A stretch of DNA of 53,742 nucleotides, the filler included, from Sphacelaria rigidula (lineage: Eukaryota): the NCBI GenBank assembly GCA_964200075.2. It is 4 parts of 4 records of this genome, joined end to end, with 100 filler letters (N's around TTAATTAATTAA, not from the genome) between each part and the next. Parts side by side here need not be neighbours in the genome. Positions count along the whole stretch, not along the records: positions 40,386 to 53,742 come from CAXNAA020002939.1; 3 more parts are not named here. One strand, written 5' to 3'. Of this stretch, positions 46,193 to 53,742 are shown in pieces (positions within the stretch are counted from its first letter, which is position 1; every line of letters starts with the position of its first letter). The notes beneath the pieces were generated by a model, which worked only from the letters and a program-made list of their open reading frames with translations, did no database searches and was not told where the DNA came from. The position numbers and the translations under genes are program-made.

Positions 46193-49100
46193 GTATTTTG
46201 TTGCCGTCTCACGTACCTGTGTACTCGTACTGGCCGTTTCTTCGTGAGGTCTTAGACCGCCTATTCCGCACAAGGAAGGCGGAGCATTCAAACAAAGTAA
46301 AAATAACACTCTCTGCTGATGCGCCCATGAATACCGGACGGTGTAGACTGACGTCCAGAATAAATGGGATGAGAACACAGCACACATAGCCCATCACGTT
46401 GTGCTTCGGTCCGCAAGATGTGGGATTTTGACCGCATTCTATCCTTCCTGCATAGAGCTCTGTATGGTAAAAACTTGAAGTTATACAGCTACAGCTTCTG
46501 TGCATACGAAGTTTGTGCCACCGTAAGGGTTCGTCTTCCGTAACGTGGTGCTTGAGAATCACTTATTCGTGGCAAGATCAGAGGAAAACTTGTCGTGAAA
46601 GCCCAGCCCAGCCACAAATATTACTTGAGTGTAACCAAATTGCGCCTTACGTGATTGATCCGACCAAACTATGGTAGTGAAATGTCATTCGTAATCCGCA
46701 TTCTTCTGGGCGGTTCATACAACCGTGTACAGGGAGAAGAAGACCAGTTTCACAACATTCAAGCACGATGTCGACGAGCTCAACTGCGAAGTCAGCAGCG
46801 TGCAGACGGACGCTGTGACGCAGGTGATGTACATTTTATTATAGTAGTAGCATGCTGTCATGACAGACGTAGCAGGCCGAACATGTGTATTGCATATGAA
46901 GCCGTGGTGAAGACGGAAGCCTGTGGAAACAAGTAATCGCTACTGTTGTTTTCATTCGGTGTAAAAGCTCAACGTCTTGCCTGAGCATGATGCATCTCAC
47001 CTTTTCAGTTCGATCATCTGAGACCGTAAGCTCCTTTTTGAGTTTTCAGGTACATGCAGTACAGGCCATCCTCAGTCGTGCTCATAAAATCGGCTGCCGC
47101 AGGTGCAAATTGGCCTCGTCCCCCTGACTTCACAGGGACGGAGATGGGGCGTGGTCAAGCGAGGCCTTCTTGATGACCACCCGGCCTACCCTTCCCGCGG
47201 GCAAGTGACATTTGATGCGAACATCGAGCCCATTTTTGCCATATTCCAGCAGCGTCACAGTACAGGACTGGATTTCAACGGGGTGAAGTGAACTTGGTAA
47301 TGTTGACCCAACAGTGTTACTCACGGTTGCTGCAACTAGGTTGTAATATCATTATGTTATCCGTTTGCGTTTCTCGCATTTGCAAAAGGCACAAGGTGGT
47401 GCTGAGGGAAACGGTCGGCGGGCACGCATGTGCACAGACAGCAGCGGAGCACAGTGCGATGGCTAGGTGGATAGCAGACGACTTCAACCAAAACAGCCCT
47501 GCCGGCTGTGCGAAGGTGGGGGGGGAGGGGGGGGGTACTCATTCGTTGCTTGCCTTAGTCGTTTGACCATTGACCACGCATCCCTTTCGAAACGGAGCAC
47601 CGTTCCTACTCCTAATAGAGACACCCCCAACACTTTCATGCTCGTTACGTTTCTTCCACACACGACACAAAAAACATTTACATATCTTGTCCCCGTCCTG
47701 TTTCGCCGTCTGTGGTCACCATCTTTCGCCTAGTATAGGTGAGGGGGGTGCGGAAATGATCATTTCGTGTTATTACCCCTAACCTTTATAACACAATATT
47801 TTCGTGTCATTGCATAGTTGTTGGAAAAAAAGCATGTCCTGCACTGTTTTCCGCTCAACTTCACCGCGCGATCGTTCTTGGCGTAAGAAAGCTCGCCGTC
47901 GATGACTTCAAATGTAAATCTCAGATAAAACCATGGTTAACATTACCAAGTTCCCAGCCGAGTAGATTTCAGGAAAATGCCACTTCTTGCTTTGTAAATC
48001 GCCGGCGAATAACTAACAGGCGAATTAATTATGTCAATCCGATCACAGGTGGAGGTCGTAACGTGCTGTCGTCTCACAGCAATTGACGGCTCCGCCCCGA
48101 GTGTTTGCATGGAGCCGTTTCTCGACGAAATCGCGCACGGCGACTATACGACGTGGTGAGTGATATATTCGAGAATATTCTACTTCTGCGCAAGGATCCA
48201 TGGTACAACCAGCGAAGTGGGCTACAACGACGACAAACGCCCAAAGTCCGGCCAAGCCCTGTGTAGATTCTTAGGCATCGGCGCTGCGGCGTCCATGGCC
48301 CTGCAATGCCTACAGGCTACATCGGTTGAGCATCAAGGCAACCGAGAGTGTCTCTCCCAGGCAATCGAGGTACCCTACCGGAAATGTACGCTCCATGTTC
48401 CCTCTTCATAACCTATCCAGGAACGGCGACTTCGTCGAACGCCCCGTGTCATCAACGAGGGTATCGAAGGGACTTTTACGCTTGGGGGTCACCACTCGCG
48501 CGAATTTGTACGACCCAATCTTGTCCTCGGTCAGAGATGTCCGGTACTTCAGGGTGCTCACTGCACGCTTGTCACATTCTGCAACAAAATGACGATCAGA
48601 GTGTACCGGCTAACACGTTGGTGGCAGGATACCCTCATTGACGATTCTTACATTTCTGCTGTGTCTCACTGTGCTCGTCGAGCGCTTTCTGTGGACCGTG
48701 TCGGCTACACTCGGCGTAACAGGTCGGAGGGCCCTACCTTCTGTGGATCAGACACGAACGATCGCTTGGTCCTTGAGGCCTTCATGCACTTCTCCCAAGC
48801 GTTCACTTGCCAGAAATCCATGGTAGCGGATCTCAAGGTATGGAATGATCGAACTCTGTCCACATTTCGAGCGTTCCAGCATGCATCGTATTTTTTCGTG
48901 TACGCATACCTACAGTAGCAGAGGCTAACATTTTTGGACGCTGCCCATGGACACACATGGGTGTTTACGGGCACTCCTGGTCATCGTGAACATAACTGCA
49001 TCATTGTATGCTGTAGCCATAGCGTATGGAAGAAGAGAAAAACTCTACAAAAATGGCACACGATAGAACAATAGGTTGATATGAAGCTGGGGTATGACAC

Positions 49101-51331
49101 AGCTGCTCCGCCAGGCATGACAAAGAACCAGCCGACAGCCTGTCATTTGTCAAGTCCGGCTCGGCAAGCTATGGCTTCTTGGCCCTGATAATAATTTTCA
49201 CGTGATGCAATGTATCTGATGTTTTCAGTTGACAAGGCGCCGCACGTTTATCGCACATCAAACACTTTGCCCTAGGTTCACACCTCACAGAGAAGCCGAC
49301 CGACATTGGTACACCGCGTGTCCAAGAGTAGGTTGAATCACAGTGGGAACAACATTACAATGACAGTGACACTTTTTTCAAGCAAACTGTGGATTGTTGA
49401 GCTGTGCACGATGCCTAGGTTACCCATTGGAGCCGGCTTGATCACGAGTTATGAATTTGGACGTATGCATGACGTGTGTTTGGGTGTCGAATTTCTCGTC
49501 CGCAGCGGGCGTAAAACCTCACGTCGCTCATTTAGGGAACTCTCTCCTCTGATTGTGGCTTCGGCTAGCTGGTCAAGCTGGTGAAATTGCATGCATGTGC
49601 CCTTCACTATTCGTGACTTATTTAGGTATTATATTCATCTCGCTGCTACGCATGCCTCGGTGAAAACCCGGTGATCAAGAAATAGAACAGCGGCACCATA
49701 CGCCAGTAGTAACCTATACAAGACAACATGATTCGTCAATATATCATAGAAAATGCAGACATGAATTATAACGAACAATGGCAAGCGCCTTTAACGAAGA
49801 AACATGAACCATGGGCACAAATGATACCTTCTCCGTACACCTACTGTACCGCAATGCGCGCCTAGCCGCCCGACATTATACAAGCAGCATCATCAGGTTT
49901 GCGCTGTACGTTCAAAACGTTGTTCGGAGCAACAAAATGATGGGAAATTGGAGTCTTGTTGATACAACAGTAGTTTTGAAACACTTCATCACGCTGACTC
50001 AAAGCGAACGCGATGAGCTTACCTCGAGGGTACTGCGGCACAGTATCAATCATGTGACGATTGAGCAGATTATATATCCGAGATGAATCTCACACGTGTC
50101 TCGGGCGTGCAATCAATCAGCATAACAGGAGCCGGGTCCGCTCAGTGTAAGGCATCATCAGGAACGGCTGAGGAAACGGAGCCAGTACGGTTCAGTACAC
50201 GGTACGAAGAGGAACTATTCGAGCACCAGTACCGTAGCCAGTGTGATTCAGTCGAGCCATAATGGCTGTTAGCTTCGTGTTGAAAGTCCTGTAGTAGAGG
50301 TTCAAGGCTGAGGTTCAGAGAAAAGATTTAGATAGGACTGCGCACTAGACTAGCGGGTAATCTCTGAAGAAATAAAAGAAGTTCTGCGATGCAGCGTCCC
50401 CACGCGTGTCAGTCGTTTGCCCAACCCATGAAGATCTCTCGTGGTAGCTGCCTTGCTCCGCTATACTGAACACAGAGCTGGAGATGTCTACGGTGGCTCC
50501 TGAGTTAGTTGACGTGGGTTACCCGTATTTCGGTTCGCAAGTTGAAATGTGAAGTGGCCTGTGTGGGCGGGATTGGAAAATTGGTATTCTACACTGTTTT
50601 GTCCCGCTCACAGCACGCCACGAGGAGACCATACAAACCATGAACACCCATAAGCGTCGGTCAGTCGACCCATGACCTTACTTTTGATCAGTCATCTATG
50701 CTGCCTCCCCGTATGCATGTATATTCATGGGCGTTGTTGGGCACAGGATGATCCATGCGTGTTTATGGTATCAATTTGTGCCGATCAGTCCATAAGTGAG
50801 GTGGAACCCCCATTAGAAGTTCATGGAAATATTGCATGCTCGCTTGGATCAACGGGACCCTATCCTGCATGTATTTTCGCAATCAATCCAACGGGATACA
50901 CCGTCTTCACGTGGTTGTGCTTATATAAGGCAGCTCACTTGTAGTCAAAATGTGATTGAAACGTCTTCGTGCGTTGTGGGGTCGCCGCTCAGATGTGTTC
51001 TGCCATCTATCTGCCTTCCTGCTTATGATACCAGGGCGCCAGAAGGAAGTTGGACAACGCCTATGTGCTGACCGACCCCGTCATCATGTCCGCCGGGGGC
51101 GGCCCGAACGGCAGCGGGATTTCTCAATTTTCTCTGCAGCATAGGTGCAATGACTATTGCCGGGCAATGGAACTCCCACCGTGCGAACGTTTTGTACCAA
51201 CAAGTGACGACTCGCGAAGTACGTCTGTCAGAAGCCAATCGTCAGTATCTACGCGGGAGGAAACACCGGCGAGGAAATATAGGGGCCCTTCAGGTTACTT
51301 TTCAAGAGTAAGGAAGAAAGCTAGCTTCTGA
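42169..51331 (+). CDS. Alpha-kinase (eEF2K/VwkA-like) with the C-terminal end of a probable vWA domain; 5'-truncated, 10 exons, ~474 aa
   Basis: Exons at 42169-42228, 44485-44535, 45070-45210, 45870-46120, 46733-46823, 47103-47287, 47389-47515, 48049-48155, 48723-48837 and 51035-51331, all GT-AG and in phase. Kinase motifs are IADDFN, MEPFL, EAFMHFS, VADLKG, YVLTDP and HRCNDYC. The N-terminal LKKKNIRYCFVKIGSNTDKMIQAF resembles the end of the vWA domain in vWA-alpha-kinases. Confidence 0.82.
46317..46386 (+). mobile_element. SINE 3'-end fragment in an alpha-kinase intron
   Basis: The rc matches 19030-19110 (ATCCCAT.TATTCTGGACG.CAGTCTACACC), and it ends in a CA-rich tail. Confidence 0.65.
47520..47640 (+). 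repeat. Copy of the poly-G-ended dispersed repeat, directly after a splice donor
   Basis: Matches the rc of 40386-40458 and begins within a few bases of the donor GCGAAG/GTGGGG at 47516. Confidence 0.75.
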
Positions 51332-53299
51332 ATATGTTGATGTTTAGTATGCTGTGCCCTGCCTGCTCCCGCAACCACGGAGAGCGGTGCACACGACGCA
51401 GTCGTTCGTGCGAGAAGGATTCACACTCCCATGACCCACATTAGGTCATAGTACACTACTGTACTTTCGGTTGTTGCAGGTGATAACACGCGGATGTTCT
51501 GTGATACTTTGCCCCGACCGCCATCATTCTTTGTGATAGAGAGTTTGCAAGAAAGCGGCGTTTATACCAAAATGCAGTAAGACTACCATACTGTTTTGAG
51601 AGTGAAGCTCGAGCGTGAGGCACGCGATAGCAAGTGCGTGCAATCCTACCTGCTGGATCATTGTACCGAACGTGTAGAAAATACTCCCCAGTGTCAGCTG
51701 TGAAGCCCCCGTCTGTTGGTCCGCCTGTCGGTGCTGGGCACTCCTCATTTTGGCGCCATCGTTACGCATGGTGCCAGTGGCGCTGGCAGGCCCGAGTGGT
51801 ACCTCAGGTGCAAGTTGCACGTGCCAAGATTCCAGTGGCACCATCCGCCATGACAGGTCTAATTTGTAGTCCATGGGCAACATTTTCGGCGGAATGCGAC
51901 GCGACCTGATCAGGTCGATGTGGGAGAGACAAAATGGACATAAAATACACTCAAAAGAAGACTGAAACAGGTCGTATCTTTTGCCACTGTGTAAGAAACC
52001 AAATCTTGTTGCAAACTGCCCCTTTTCTGTCTCCTCCGCTCGGAAAGAGCTCTAGGTGGATGTTGACACCTTGAAGTGACTTGCGCTGCTCGCTTATTAG
52101 ACCGTTCCAGAGCATCTTGCTTCTTTTAGTGGACATAATTGTGGTCGTGGCCAAACTTGCATTCTCATTAACAAACGGTTGGGTTATAAGAAACAGGGAA
52201 AATACTGCCAGAGTTTTTACATATCTTGACTGCTACTGAAAATGCAAGTTCGATAGAGAAAACGTACGGCCACCGGGAAATGCAATGATGCCCTGGAATG
52301 GTCTCAACGAGTAGAGCAAGTCATTCCAAGGTGTCCGTCCACATTCACCTAACGCTCTTTTCGAGCGTCAAACGGCGGAGAAGGTTCAAGAAGGAAGTTT
52401 TCAACAAGGTCTTTTTGTGGGCACCCAAGAAGTGATCCTACCAAGAACTTTAGTGTCGAATAAATAGGTGCGGCGGAAATGAATTCGTTCCGGGGTGGTT
52501 CAGCGTGTGAACAATTGACGTTGACACCCGACTGATGAAAGACAGTAGGATGATACCTCTTGCCTGGGATCGAAGCCTTGAATAAATGCTCATCAGGTGT
52601 CCTGCACACCGAGGCGCTCAGGAATGGATTTCTTAGAGGTGTCTATACCTCACAGAACATCAAGAGTCAAATGGAAGGTATCGCACACTCAAAACAAGGA
52701 GCCGTGACTCACTGATTAACTTCTCTCTTGAAGACCCTTTTAACCGAAGCAGAAGGTAGCTGGGCATACAGCAGATTATCACAACCCTGAAGACGTTATA
52801 TTGGTTTCTACTGTGCTGCTAAATTCCGGAGGGCCGGGTTGAGAAACAGTGATACGAGAAGGTCACCTCCTATCGCGGAGACATCTATCATGCATTGCAT
52901 ACAAATCCAAGTAGTTATTCCACAAAATCCAACGTATCACAAGGTATTCCAAGCTTCACATGTTCCGATCCTCATCCTTCAGCAGCTGGTGGTTGTTGTT
53001 GTACTATTTTCGATGGTCGTTTATGTTCATAACCACGTCATCCAAGCACGACGACCACACGCAAGTGCCCTCGAAGCGTAGCTACAAACCTATTTCTCTC
53101 ACCCGTCAGTCATATCTTACGTAACAGAGCAGCAAGTTTACACTCCCTGTCTGCATCTCATCACAATGGTGAATACCCGAGGTTTAGTCCCTACTAGATG
53201 CAGAACGCAAAACTAGACCGGTGAACACAAATTTCAGGGATGCTACGAATAGGGGGGTGATATTTTGAGCCATTTCTTCCATGAAGATCCACCTCAAGT

Positions 53300-53742
53300 C
53301 ATCGTCGGAAGCAGCGACACCATGGACAATAGACGGCATCTATCGCAAAAGCAATATAATCTGTTGCAGTAGATGCCAATATTGTCGTCCGTAATGACCA
53401 TCGATCGGCAAGTTTCTCTTTCTTTGTTTCTTTATTGTCTGTGGCAATGTCTATCGGTAGACCAGTTTCCCACACTTTTATCTGGGCAGCAGCGGCCTGT
53501 TGTGGACCTACACCGAAATCTATTGCGGCCGACGAAATGTATCGATCGATAACTTTCCAAATCTTTTGATGACGGCAATGGCTATCGATAGACCGCGTGC
53601 CAAATTTTTTGATGACAAAAATAGCTGTTGATGGATTATCTACCGAATCTATTTATGACGATAATCGCTATTAAACAGCCGATTTTCGAAAATGGGGTTG
53701 AAAAAAAAAATGAGGTTCAACTCAAAAGCCGTGCTTTCCCTG
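53300..53742. mobile_element. Probable right end of a hAT-like element with ATCGAT/TCGATA subterminal motifs
   Basis: The window ends in GTGCTTTCCCTG (rc CAGGGAAAGCAC). A similar TGAGG.TCAA...GTGCTTTCCC terminus ends contig 3 (40254-40283). Confidence 0.4.

Noticed and set aside
3781..51331. A mannose/alginate gene cluster (mannosyltransferase + epimerase + kinase)
   Set aside because: The genes lie on different contigs joined by artificial linkers.
51524..53085. Minus-strand multi-exon gene or pseudogene downstream of the kinase
   Set aside because: Several exon-like segments exist, but phases could not be joined consistently and no family was recognised.

Overview
This is eukaryotic, intron-rich and repeat-rich DNA, almost certainly from a brown alga (Phaeophyceae), judged from a spliced mannuronan C-5 epimerase gene. 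It is not one locus. Four contigs of 13366, 13361, 13358 and 13357 bp are joined by artificial 100-bp linkers (N44-TTAATTAATTAA-N44), so adjacency across linkers means nothing. Contig 1 holds a complete 7-exon TMEM260/DUF2723-like GT-C mannosyltransferase gene (+), an acidic low-complexity terminal exon of a convergent gene, and possibly a small divergent gene. Contig 2 holds 11 exons of a mannuronan C-5 epimerase (-) with TE-filled introns. Contig 3 is essentially all transposon: a probable Penelope-like remnant, several MITEs, a 109-bp tandem array, an internally deleted Ty3/Gypsy LTR element with two nested MITEs, and a 2.5-kb long-TIR element with a nested Sola-like MITE. Contig 4 holds 10 exons of a vWA-type alpha-kinase with unusual catalytic motifs. 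I found no CRISPR array, operon or other clearly new multi-gene system. The best candidates for novelty are the deviant alpha-kinase, a decayed 42-bp/14-aa repeat array, a tandem hammerhead-like motif in the Penelope-like remnant, and intronic hairpins. All gene models were spliced by hand (GT-AG, phase-checked), and family calls come from motif recognition rather than database searches.
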